From assembly GCA_018896645.1 (NCBI GenBank), contig JAHIMF010000062.1, positions 1 to 58,830 of the forward strand: a stretch of 58,830 bases of DNA, in the 5' to 3' direction. Each line of letters opens with the position of its first letter. Position 1 is the stretch's first letter. A program made the position numbers and the translations under genes. Source of the DNA: Patescibacteria group bacterium. GTDB lineage: Bacteria; Patescibacteriota; Patescibacteriia; UBA2591; JABMQE01. Below, piece by piece: positions 1 through 8,143 of this stretch. Under the pieces are notes generated by a model. It had not been told where the DNA came from. It searched no databases and saw only the letters and a list, made by a program, of their open reading frames with translations.

Positions 1-17
1 ACCTGGCTCGGGACAGG

Positions 18-82
18 TAAATGATAGATTACAATGTGTCTTTTATCCTTGCTGAAAACCATAAACCAGTCAAAACCAAAAC
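18..82 (-). repeat. Duplicate of the 3' end of the MFS gene (att-like direct repeat of 2086-2150)
   Basis: Encodes the same VLVLTGLWFSARIKDTL* as the MFS C-terminus, with 4 synonymous differences, and includes the downstream TAAATGATAGA. Confidence 0.9.
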
Positions 83-100
83 CTAAATAAAATCAAATTA
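74..100 (-). repeat. Cassette-boundary/promoter-like repeat, copy 1 (AACCAAAACCTAAATAAARTCAARTTA)
   Basis: Near-identical 27-mers at 74-100, 683-709 and 1323-1349. Confidence 0.85.
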
Positions 101-115
101 AAAAATATTGAAAAA

Positions 116-403
116 TTAAAATACAAACAACCTTTTTCTTAATAAATAATCTTTTTTGCTTTTTTCAATAAACAAATCAATCACTTCAATCAATCTCTTG
201 TCAGCTTTGAGAGAATATAAAATTCTCCATCGACTAACTCTTAAACGATAACCATATTCAGTACCAGAGATTTTCTTGACATTACTCTTAGAAAAAGGGT
301 CTTGAGCTAATTTTTCTACTTCTATCACTATCTGTTGTTGGATTTTTCTGTCCAGCTTGCCAAAAATTCTTTCAGCTCTGGGTTTAAAAATAACTTTATA
401 CAT
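116..403 (-). CDS. relE: RelE/StbE-family type II toxin
   Basis: MYKVIFKPRA start, YRLRVSRWRILY motif, 95 aa, downstream of an antitoxin. Confidence 0.85.
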   Translation of the reverse strand: MYKVIFKPRAERIFGKLDRKIQQQIVIEVEKLAQDPFSKSNVKKISGTEYGYRLRVSRWRILYSLKADKRLIEVIDLFIEKSKKDYLLRKRLFVF

Positions 404-413
404 TTTAACATCA

Positions 414-671
414 TTATTTAAGACAATATTTCTTTTTTAATTGAGCCAGAGAAATGCCTTTTTCTCTTTTTGATTCTCTAAAAGCGTCTAAATACCGTCC
501 CTTTTCTTCTAACTCATCCATTAAAGAAAGAAAGACATTATAAGAAGTGTAATCCAAAATTACAGCCACTGGCTCATTCTCACCATATATGACTTGAGGG
601 CTTTTAGTGTTAATAGCTTGGGTTAGAACCTGAGATAAATTTTTTTGTGATGATGTAGCAGTTAATGGCAT
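414..671 (-). CDS. Phd/YefM-type antitoxin
   Basis: PQVI...PVAVILDY..Y motif, acidic C-terminus ending ISLAQLKKKY, upstream of RelE. Confidence 0.75.
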   Translation of the reverse strand: MPLTATSSQKNLSQVLTQAINTKSPQVIYGENEPVAVILDYTSYNVFLSLMDELEEKGRYLDAFRESKREKGISLAQLKKKYCLK

Positions 672-677
672 ATTTTT

Positions 678-709
678 ATTATAACCAAAACCTAAATAAA
701 GTCAAATTA
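678..709 (-). promoter_or_regulatory. Sigma70 promoter, leaderless (repeat copy 2)
   Basis: TTGACT-16-TATAAT, with the -10 six nt before the ATG at 671. Confidence 0.75.
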
Positions 710-769
710 TATATCCTTCTTAACTATTTTTAGTTTACCTCTTTCAGTAAAAATAGTCAATGTGGATAA

Positions 770-1258
770 CTAAAAACTTATTCTTTCTGGCTTTTTAGAA
801 TAATGTTTATAATGCTCTGGATCTTTCAAGAACTCGGCTGATTTAGTAATATCCTTCTTTTGAAATCCTAAATCAGCCCCAGCCATTAATAGTTCAACAT
901 TGTTAACAAAATCAGAGCTATGAGCAATGATTTTTGGTTGTTCAATCTCTTCTATACTTCTGATTTCTTTAATCAAATTAGCTCCTTTTCTTAACTCTTC
1001 TTGATCTTTTTCTAATTCACCATCAACAAAAACTAAGTCTGGTAGTTTCTCTTTTGATTCTTTTCTTCTTTTAATCTCTTCTAAAGCAGACTGCCCTGTT
1101 TCAAAATGCTTAAAACCATAACCAATGTCTTGGGTCTTCATTTGCCAAAACCTTAAAATTCCTTCTATTGTTTCTTTATCATCATCAATAATCCAGATCT
1201 CTTTGGCAGGAGCTGGCTCTTGTTCTGAATGTTTTTCTAAATTACCTTCAGTAGACAT
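770..1258 (-). CDS. Stand-alone response-regulator receiver domain protein
   Basis: IWIIDDD, PDLVFVDGEL, IIAHSS, AGAD..FQK receiver motifs. Confidence 0.8.
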   Translation of the reverse strand: MSTEGNLEKHSEQEPAPAKEIWIIDDDKETIEGILRFWQMKTQDIGYGFKHFETGQSALEEIKRRKESKEKLPDLVFVDGELEKDQEELRKGANLIKEIRSIEEIEQPKIIAHSSDFVNNVELLMAGADLGFQKKDITKSAEFLKDPEHYKHYSKKPERISF

Positions 1259-1370
1259 AAGTATTGGGGAAAAGGTTGGAATAAAAATAATTCACTTATT
1301 CTCTTTCTCTATTTTTAGAGAGAACCAAAACCTAAATAAAATCAAGTTAAATTTTATAATTAAAAACAAA

Positions 1371-1538
1371 TCACCGCGTCTTTACCACCCGGCTGTCTAA
1401 TTGGTATTCTCTTGCCACCTTGCTTGCTTCTTCTCTTATCATCTGAAATAATGCTTTAGGATTTCTCCCAGACTTTCGCCACATTCTATCTCTTATTTTG
1501 TCAAGTTCTTGCTCAATTGGACAAGGAAATTTAAGCAT
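1371..1538 (-). CDS. 55-aa putative antitoxin partner of the PIN protein (not in ORF track)
   Basis: Manual translation MLKFPCPIEQELDKIRDRMWRKSGRNPKALFQMIREEASKVAREYQLDSRVVKTR*, directly downstream of the PIN gene. Confidence 0.55.
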   Translation of the reverse strand: MLKFPCPIEQELDKIRDRMWRKSGRNPKALFQMIREEASKVAREYQLDSRVVKTR

Positions 1539-1556
1539 AAGTTATGTTTTTAATTA

Positions 1557-2024
1557 TTAAATTTCTAAAAAATCATTCGGCGTTGAAATGCTAGGAATTG
1601 ACAAACCAAATTTCTCATTAAATTCTATTATTTTCTTTCGCTGTACTGCCCCAACTAAGTGCCGATAATTCCATGAAACAAGGTAGTCAATATTATTAAC
1701 CGTAGCAATTGCTAAATGGATAGCATCTTCCAATTTTGATCCGGGTATTATTTTAAAATTTATGTATTCCTGCGATAAATTTTCTATTTTACTGCTTATT
1801 CCCAATCTCTTCATTCCTCTCACCTTGCTTAAAAGTTTTTCCCTGTTTTGTAAATCTGTAATCTTATTTAGCTCCGCAACTACTAAATCTGAAATTACTA
1901 AATCATAGCATGGAATTATCTCCTTCCAAAAATGAATGGTAATCTCCTTTCGTTCGGCATCTTGCCTTTTAAAGTCAAAATAAGCTGAAATTACTGAAGT
2001 TTCTAAATATATTATCTCTTTCAT
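1557..2024 (-). CDS. PIN-domain (VapC-like) ribonuclease
   Basis: IYLETSVIS, SDLVVAEL, DAIHLAIA, LVSWNYRHL; leaderless promoter TTGACT-17-TATACT at 2031-2059. Confidence 0.85.
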   Translation of the reverse strand: MKEIIYLETSVISAYFDFKRQDAERKEITIHFWKEIIPCYDLVISDLVVAELNKITDLQNREKLLSKVRGMKRLGISSKIENLSQEYINFKIIPGSKLEDAIHLAIATVNNIDYLVSWNYRHLVGAVQRKKIIEFNEKFGLSIPSISTPNDFLEI

Positions 2025-2096
2025 GATATAAGTATATTAAATTTTTACATAAAAGTCAAATTACAGATGATAAATGGGGAAATGATAAATGATAGA

Positions 2097-3287
2097 TTAT
2101 AATGTGTCTTTTATCCTTGCTGAAAACCATAAACCAGTTAATACTAAAACTCCAGCTAAAACAAAAATATACTGAAATCCAAAAAAATGCAAGACAAGGG
2201 TAGCGAGGAGCGGAGTGATGACATAAGCCAGCGGTCCGGTATTTCGAAAAAGATTAATGATATGAATATCCTTGACATCAACTCTTTTGAAAAAATAAGT
2301 ATCGCGCATAATTTCCACTAAACTGGCGCCAATGCGAGTGCAGACAAGAATAATAAGCCAAACCCAAAAACTCGTGGAATCGGCAAGGCCAAAAACAATA
2401 GCAGAAACGCCCATGATAAAAATACCAATTGTGAGCAGTTCTTTTTCGCCAAGATATTTATCAGCCAGCCAGCCGGCCGGATAGGTAAATAAAACAAATG
2501 TTGAAAGCATAACTGTGAACATAATGCCAACCTGGTGCCACTGGAAGCCAAGATATTTAGTGAGATAAATTGGCGCGTACACGATAAAAGCGCAATAAAA
2601 CGCATGCAAAAGAAAGGCGATTATAAAAATTCCATTTAGCAGATTATTTTTATAAATCTTTTTTATGGCCCTTAAAAAATGGGGTTTAGGAAAATGATTA
2701 ACTTTTAAATCCTTAAACTTTACGTAAAAGCCAATCATCACCAAGAATACTAAAACCGAAGCAATTAAATATAAAAATGAATAATTAAATTTTTTTAAAA
2801 TCTGGCCAGTGGCCAAAGGCGACAAAAACCAAGCAATGTGCAAACCAGTCATATAAGTTCCACGAATGCGGCCAGTGATTTCATCGCGAGAAAAATGTTC
2901 AACATAAATATCAAAGGATATCCAGACTAAATTTAGGAAAACCACATAGGCTAAAAAAGAGATAATAGCCGGGGCAATACTGTTAGATAAACCTAAGCTA
3001 ATTAAACAGACGATCATTGCCAGAAATACCGCGATACTGGCTTTAAAAATCTTCAACCAATTAATGAACTTGGTATAATTCAAAATCATTAAAAATACCA
3101 AGAAATGAGCGACGGTAAAAACAAAGCCGACATTTTTCTCGCCGACAAATTGACTTAGGTAAGATGAATGAACATACGCAGACAAAGCATTGGCAACAGC
3201 TAAAACAAAACCAAAAACAACAAAAAGTTTAAGATGGGATTTTGCTTGTTTTTGGGGTGGTTGATTTTTTGATTGGCTTTTTTGCAC
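2097..3287 (-). CDS. MFS transporter
   Basis: About 12 hydrophobic segments, GWLADKYLGEK motif A. Confidence 0.85.
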   Translation of the reverse strand: MQKSQSKNQPPQKQAKSHLKLFVVFGFVLAVANALSAYVHSSYLSQFVGEKNVGFVFTVAHFLVFLMILNYTKFINWLKIFKASIAVFLAMIVCLISLGLSNSIAPAIISFLAYVVFLNLVWISFDIYVEHFSRDEITGRIRGTYMTGLHIAWFLSPLATGQILKKFNYSFLYLIASVLVFLVMIGFYVKFKDLKVNHFPKPHFLRAIKKIYKNNLLNGIFIIAFLLHAFYCAFIVYAPIYLTKYLGFQWHQVGIMFTVMLSTFVLFTYPAGWLADKYLGEKELLTIGIFIMGVSAIVFGLADSTSFWVWLIILVCTRIGASLVEIMRDTYFFKRVDVKDIHIINLFRNTGPLAYVITPLLATLVLHFFGFQYIFVLAGVLVLTGLWFSARIKDTL

Positions 3288-3388
3288 GAGTTAGTAAATA
3301 GTAACTGGAAATTAGTAATTAGGGAATTGGAATATTTGAGTTTATGTTTTTAAAAGTGGAAATTTGTGTAATCGTGTGCACGAATATG

Positions 3389-3646
3389 CTACTTGCGTTT
3401 TCGCCTGAAAAACAACGTAGATATTGGAAAAGACAATATAAAACAACTTGGTGTTGTCCATAAAAGATGAAATTTAGAAATCTGTGGATTAGCTAAAAAA
3501 ATGATATTCATTACCCATAAAAGGACCACATCAATGATTAAGGTTTTATGACCTCGGCTAAAATTTTTATATCTAAACCAATTTATCGTCCATAGTAAAG
3601 TAATAATTATTGATAATATTTGTAATATTGTGCTGATTGTTTTCAT
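3389..3646 (-). CDS. Small membrane protein
   Basis: 85 aa with three hydrophobic segments. Confidence 0.5.
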   Translation of the reverse strand: MKTISTILQILSIIITLLWTINWFRYKNFSRGHKTLIIDVVLLWVMNIIFLANPQISKFHLLWTTPSCFILSFPISTLFFRRKRK

Positions 3647-3675
3647 GAAATTTCATAAAAAATAAAAATAATTCG

Positions 3676-4887
3676 TTATTCTATCACTCCCCCGCCGAGA
3701 ACTTCATTCTTAGAATAAAAAACAACTGACTGGCCAGGGGTTATTGCGCGTTGGGATTTTTTGAATTTCACAAAAATTTTGTGTTGTTTTGTGATATTTT
3801 TGGTTAAAACAGCCTCAACCGCTGGGTGCAGGTACCGAATCCTCGCTCGACACTTCAGTGGAAACTTTGGTTCAAACCCTGAAATCCAGTTGATATTCTT
3901 GGCTGTGAGCTGATCTTTAAATAAGAGTTCCTGATCAAATTTATTAGCCACATACAAAATATTCTTCTGATAATCTAATTTTACCACATAAAACGGGCCA
4001 ATGCCACCGATAAGAATTTCCCGGCGCTGGCCGATTGTGTATAATGGCAGGCCTTGATGCTCGCCGATGACTGAACCGGGTTTAATCCCCTTCTCTTTGA
4101 CACCGTCGAGGGTGATGATGGGACCGGGTTTGAGTTTGAGATGACGGCGGAGGAAATCATAATGCCGTTTATCTTTAATAAAACAAATGCCTTGAGATTC
4201 GGCCTTCTCGAACACTGGCAATTTTTTCTTTTTAGCGACTTTGCGGACTTGGGGTTTGGTGTAATCACCGATTGGAAATAAACAATGTTTGAGTTGGGCT
4301 TGGGATAAGGTCCAAAGGAAGTATGATTGGTCTTTGGCTTTATCGTTAGCCATTCGTAACTGGTAACTGGTAACTAGTAACTTAGTTTGTTTTTTTGCTT
4401 TCTTGTTTTTTTGCTTTCTTGTTTTTTTGACGTAATGACCAGTGGCAATATAATCACAGTCAAGCCTTTTAGCGCGTTTTAAAAACTCACCAAACTTGAC
4501 ATATTTGTTGCATTCAACGCAAGGATTAGGAGTGCGACCGCGAGAGTATTCGTCTAAAAAATTATCAACCACGCGTTTCTTGAAAATTGATTTCATATTC
4601 ATGGTGTAGAGTTTGATATTGAGCTTGTCGGCAACGCGCCGGGCATCTTCATAGGCCTCGATAGAGCAACATTTGTTTTCGGGTAAGATAGATTGGGTCA
4701 AGGGACCCAATCTACCCCCAAGCTGGGTGGGTCGGATCCCTTGACCCGACCCGGTTAAACTCTCTGACCAGAATTTCATAAAAATACCGATGACCTCATA
4801 ACCCTGTTCCAATAACAAAGCAGCGGCGACTGAAGAATCAACGCCGCCGGACATGGCTACAAGAACCTTTGGCTTATTTTTATTCAT
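3676..4887 (-). CDS. mnmA: tRNA 2-thiouridylase MnmA with in-frame repeat insertions
   Basis: AMSGGVDSS, TPNPCVECN, ATGHY, KDQSYFL, ESQGICF, TPGQSVVFY. Confidence 0.97.
   Translation of the reverse strand: MNKNKPKVLVAMSGGVDSSVAAALLLEQGYEVIGIFMKFWSESLTGSGQGIRPTQLGGRLGPLTQSILPENKCCSIEAYEDARRVADKLNIKLYTMNMKSIFKKRVVDNFLDEYSRGRTPNPCVECNKYVKFGEFLKRAKRLDCDYIATGHYVKKTRKQKNKKAKKQTKLLVTSYQLRMANDKAKDQSYFLWTLSQAQLKHCLFPIGDYTKPQVRKVAKKKKLPVFEKAESQGICFIKDKRHYDFLRRHLKLKPGPIITLDGVKEKGIKPGSVIGEHQGLPLYTIGQRREILIGGIGPFYVVKLDYQKNILYVANKFDQELLFKDQLTAKNINWISGFEPKFPLKCRARIRYLHPAVEAVLTKNITKQHKIFVKFKKSQRAITPGQSVVFYSKNEVLGGGVIE
4689..4752. repeat. Inverted REP-like doublet inside mnmA
   Basis: TAGATTGGGTC-AAGG-GACCCAATCTA and GGGTCGGATC-CCTT-GACCCGACCC. 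Confidence 0.8.
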
Positions 4888-5107
4888 AATAATCAAAATC
4901 GATTTTAATTGATGAGTGATCTTCTAAAATGTAGTTACGGGCTGAAGAAAATTGATAATCTTCTGGGCGCTCGCATAAACCGGCTTTGGTTGGATTGTTG
5001 TGTATATAGTTTAATTTTTCATCAAACTTGTGCGGAGTTAAAACATTGAAATCGTAAAATTTAGGTTGCCAGATACGATATTTGAGACCACGCCGGTGTG
5101 CCCTCAC
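4880..5107 (-). pseudogene. C-terminal remnant of a REP-associated tyrosine transposase (RAYT / Y1 TnpA)
   Basis: IWQPKFYD, LNYIHNNP.KAGL, PEDY.FSSA; the N-terminal HUH region is missing. Confidence 0.85.
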
Positions 5108-5112
5108 CTGTT

Positions 5113-5171
5113 GGGTGGGGTTGAGCCTCTGCTCAACCCGTTGGGGCGCGAGCTGAGGCTCTTGTCTACCC
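5113..5171. repeat. Inverted REP doublet next to the RAYT remnant
   Basis: GGTGGGGTTGAGC-CTCT-GCTCAACCC and, on the minus strand, GGGTAGACAAGAGC-CTCA-GCTCGCGCCCC. Confidence 0.7.
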
Positions 5172-5180
5172 GTGATGAAT

Positions 5181-5978
5181 CTACAACAAAATCAAAATCG
5201 CTGCTCCCAACAAAATCCGATAAACCGCAAACAATTTAAATCCAAATCGTTTTATAAATGCTAATAACAATTTAATCGCTATAAAACCGCTAATAGCAGC
5301 AGCCGCAAAACCCACTAACAAGCTCTTTGCTTCTTCTATAACAATCCCTTCTCGCAATAAATTAAACAACTCATAGCCGGCGGCAGCGGCAATAATCGGA
5401 ATAGAAATCAAAAAGGAAAACTCCACAGCTGTTTTTCGATCCATCTTAGTCAGCATGCCAAAGCTCATAGTAACCCCACTGCGCGAAGTTCCGGGAATAA
5501 GAGCTAACGCCTGACTTAACGCCACTGTAATTGTTTGAAAAATTCCAACAGAATTAACATTTTTGGTTTTAAAATGAGCTCGCTTGCTGTAACTGTCTGC
5601 CAGCCATAAAACTAAACCCCAAAAGATCAAATTGGCAGCTACCACAATATTGGAACGGAAATTATTTTCAACCAAATCCTTGAATAAAAAACCAGCCAAT
5701 CCGGCTGGAATAATAGATAAAATAATCAAAGCTCCAAGGCGAGCATTAGCTTCCTGTCCCCTGCCCCTGCCAAAAACACCCTTGAATATATCTCTCAACT
5801 TTTTACGAAACGCAAACAAAACCGCGACTAATGTTCCCAGGTGAACAATTACATCAAAATCCAAACCCTGGTCACGAATACCTAAAATCTTGGGCACTAA
5901 AATCAAATGCCCAGAGCTGGAAATTGGCAAGAACTCTGTTAATCCTTGGATAATGCCGAGAATGATGGGATGGGACAT
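5181..5978 (-). CDS. uppP: Undecaprenyl-diphosphatase
   Basis: GIIQGLTEFLPISSSGHL, ALIPGTSRSG, EFSFLISIP. Confidence 0.97.
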   Translation of the reverse strand: MSHPIILGIIQGLTEFLPISSSGHLILVPKILGIRDQGLDFDVIVHLGTLVAVLFAFRKKLRDIFKGVFGRGRGQEANARLGALIILSIIPAGLAGFLFKDLVENNFRSNIVVAANLIFWGLVLWLADSYSKRAHFKTKNVNSVGIFQTITVALSQALALIPGTSRSGVTMSFGMLTKMDRKTAVEFSFLISIPIIAAAAGYELFNLLREGIVIEEAKSLLVGFAAAAISGFIAIKLLLAFIKRFGFKLFAVYRILLGAAILILL

Positions 5979-5992
5979 ACGTTAAAAATAAA

Positions 5993-6149
5993 AATTTACT
6001 ATTCATTATTTACTATTTACTATTCACCAATCAAACAACTTCCAAACTTCATTAGGTAAAAATAAAAAGAATAGTATCAGCCAGAGGCTGACCCCTCCAA
6101 AGGCGGGCAGGCACCCTTTGGCTGGAATAATAAATAGTAAATAATAAAT
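5993..6149. repeat. Inverted heptamer-arm element (ATTTACT/AGTAAAT) with nested GC palindrome at 6078-6126
   Basis: Left arm ATTTACTATTCATTATTTACTATTTACTATT; right arm AATAATAAATAGTAAATAATAAAT. Confidence 0.7.
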
Positions 6150-6159
6150 CACCCAAGTC

Positions 6160-7848
6160 TCACCTATCATTCTGATCATCGTTTTTATTTTTCTTTTTCC
6201 CGTCAAAGGCCACGGTTCCCTGACTCATAGCGTCTTTTAAAGAAACTTCTTCGGGTACTTTTTTAGTTACCGGCTCGGGGCCGGCACTGGGTTGTGGCTG
6301 GGCGGAACCTGATGGTCGTCTGGGCGCTCTAGCCGGTTTAACTTCTCCGCTTCTTACCTTTTGCAAACACTCCCGGCAATAAACTGGCCGGGCTGGGTCC
6401 GGCTTAAAGGGTAAATCCGTCTTTTCACCACAATGAGAGCAAGTAGCTTCAAATTTAGGTGAGGTATCTCTACCCGCCGACCCGGTTGGACGAAATCCTA
6501 CTTTTTTTCCGGCCCCTCCGCCATCCCCTTCACCAACGCCATTTTCCCGGCCCTCGTCCATCATTCCGCTCCAGCGATTTATTTTTTCCTCAACCTCTTT
6601 TCGGGGTTCAGCATAGCGTTCACGCGAAATTTTAATTATTTTTTCACGATTTCCTTCTTGGATGTCTGCGGCCAGAGGCGGCAGGGTACCGGCAGAAAAA
6701 GGAGCCGAAGACACGCCATCAATCATCAACTTCATATAAACATCAAATTTGGCTAAATTTACCAAATCTGTTTCAGTAAATTCTGGCTCAAACTCTTTGA
6801 CTACCGCTTCGGCATCAGCTGCACCAATCCGAAAACACATAATAGTTCCCACATTACCAAATACCGCTGCTTGAACTGTCTCGTCTAATTGCTCAATATA
6901 CTGATGCGCAATAATAAGATCAAGGCGATATTTTCGGGCTTCGGATAAAATATTAGCAAATGACTCGGTGGCAAAATTTTGGAACTCGTCAACATACAAG
7001 TAAAAATCTTTGCGCTCTTCTTCTGGTATATCAACTCGGCTCATAGCCGCCAATTGAACCTTGGTAATCATAATCGCGCCTAATAATGCCGAAGAATCTT
7101 CGCCGACACGGCCTTTTGCTAAATTCATAATAAATATCTTCTTGGTATCCATTATCTCGCGCATATCTAATTTTGATTTCACCTGGCCAACAATATTTCT
7201 AATCAAAAAAGTTGATAAAAATTGGCCAACCTTATTTTGAATTGGAGCGATTGCTTCGGATTGAAACCTATCCGGGTATTTTGAATATTCATCAACCCAA
7301 AAAGATCGGACCACCGGATCAGTAACTTTACTGATTACTTTTTTCCGATATGCCTTATCAACTAACAGTCTCATAATCCCCAGCAAAGAACTGCCGGGAT
7401 ATTCTAAAAGAGCTAAAATAGCATTCCGTAAAACATATTCCAAACGCGGACCCCAAGAATCTGCCCAAATCTTTTTAAAGACTCCCACCAAACCCGAGGA
7501 AACTAAGTGGCGATGGCTAGCGTCAACTTGTTCCAAAACATTAAAGGCAACAGGAAAGTCTAAGTCCGCCGGATTAAAATAAACCACATCATTAACCCTG
7601 TTTGATGGAATGTAATCAAGAATTTTATCCGCAATATCGCCATGGGGATCAACTAGAGCCACCCCATTACCCGCCCGAATATCCTGAATAATCATATTTT
7701 CAATAACTGTTGTTTTTCCCATACCGGTTTTACCAATCAAATACATATGCCGGCGACGGTCATCTTCTTTGATACCAAATTTCACCCGTCGATTGCGGAA
7801 ATTGGTTTCGGCTAAAAGAGTTAAGTTTTGATCGTTATCTGTGGGCAT
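6160..7848 (-). CDS. TraG/VirD4/TrwB-like P-loop ATPase with C-terminal CxxC-x17-CxxC domain
   Basis: Walker A GKTGMGKT, DPHGD, Walker B YVDEFQNF, EARKY; CSHC...PVYCREC; start placed at MPTDNDQ. Confidence 0.88.
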   Translation of the reverse strand: MPTDNDQNLTLLAETNFRNRRVKFGIKEDDRRRHMYLIGKTGMGKTTVIENMIIQDIRAGNGVALVDPHGDIADKILDYIPSNRVNDVVYFNPADLDFPVAFNVLEQVDASHRHLVSSGLVGVFKKIWADSWGPRLEYVLRNAILALLEYPGSSLLGIMRLLVDKAYRKKVISKVTDPVVRSFWVDEYSKYPDRFQSEAIAPIQNKVGQFLSTFLIRNIVGQVKSKLDMREIMDTKKIFIMNLAKGRVGEDSSALLGAIMITKVQLAAMSRVDIPEEERKDFYLYVDEFQNFATESFANILSEARKYRLDLIIAHQYIEQLDETVQAAVFGNVGTIMCFRIGAADAEAVVKEFEPEFTETDLVNLAKFDVYMKLMIDGVSSAPFSAGTLPPLAADIQEGNREKIIKISRERYAEPRKEVEEKINRWSGMMDEGRENGVGEGDGGGAGKKVGFRPTGSAGRDTSPKFEATCSHCGEKTDLPFKPDPARPVYCRECLQKVRSGEVKPARAPRRPSGSAQPQPSAGPEPVTKKVPEEVSLKDAMSQGTVAFDGKKKNKNDDQNDR

Positions 7849-7867
7849 ATAAAATATTTTTAAAAAA

Positions 7868-8005
7868 TCAACCAAGCTGTTGCAATAGTAAGGCAATCGT
7901 TGCCGCTGCCGTTACAAAAATGGAAATAACCGCCACTACTACATTAACCAGCACTAAAGTCATTGAAATATCAAATCTTTTCTTTTTGAAAAATGGAAAT
8001 TTCAT
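7868..8005 (-). CDS. 45-aa single-pass membrane peptide (not in ORF track)
   Basis: Manual translation MKFPFFKKKRFDISMTLVLVNVVVAVISIFVTAAATIALLLQQLG*. Confidence 0.55.
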   Translation of the reverse strand: MKFPFFKKKRFDISMTLVLVNVVVAVISIFVTAAATIALLLQQLG

Positions 8006-8011
8006 AAATAT

Positions 8012-8127
8012 TAAAAAAACTAGAAATAAAGCCATTCGACAAACTCAGGCCAGGAAAATTAAGAAATAAAGGGTCGAGTGTTAAATTTGAAAATTGTTAT
8101 CCTTAATTTCTTAGTTTCTTTATTTCT
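8012..8127. repeat. Inverted 8-mer-arm element (AAGAAATA/TATTTCTT)
   Basis: AGAAATAAAG-type left arm and CTTAATTTCTTAGTTTCTTTATTTCT right arm; same unit as 10980-11080. Confidence 0.6.
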
Positions 8128-8143
8128 CCTCGCCTTCCAGTTA

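Noticed and set aside
6160..7848. Conjugative element
   Set aside because: No relaxase or other VirB genes; housekeeping context
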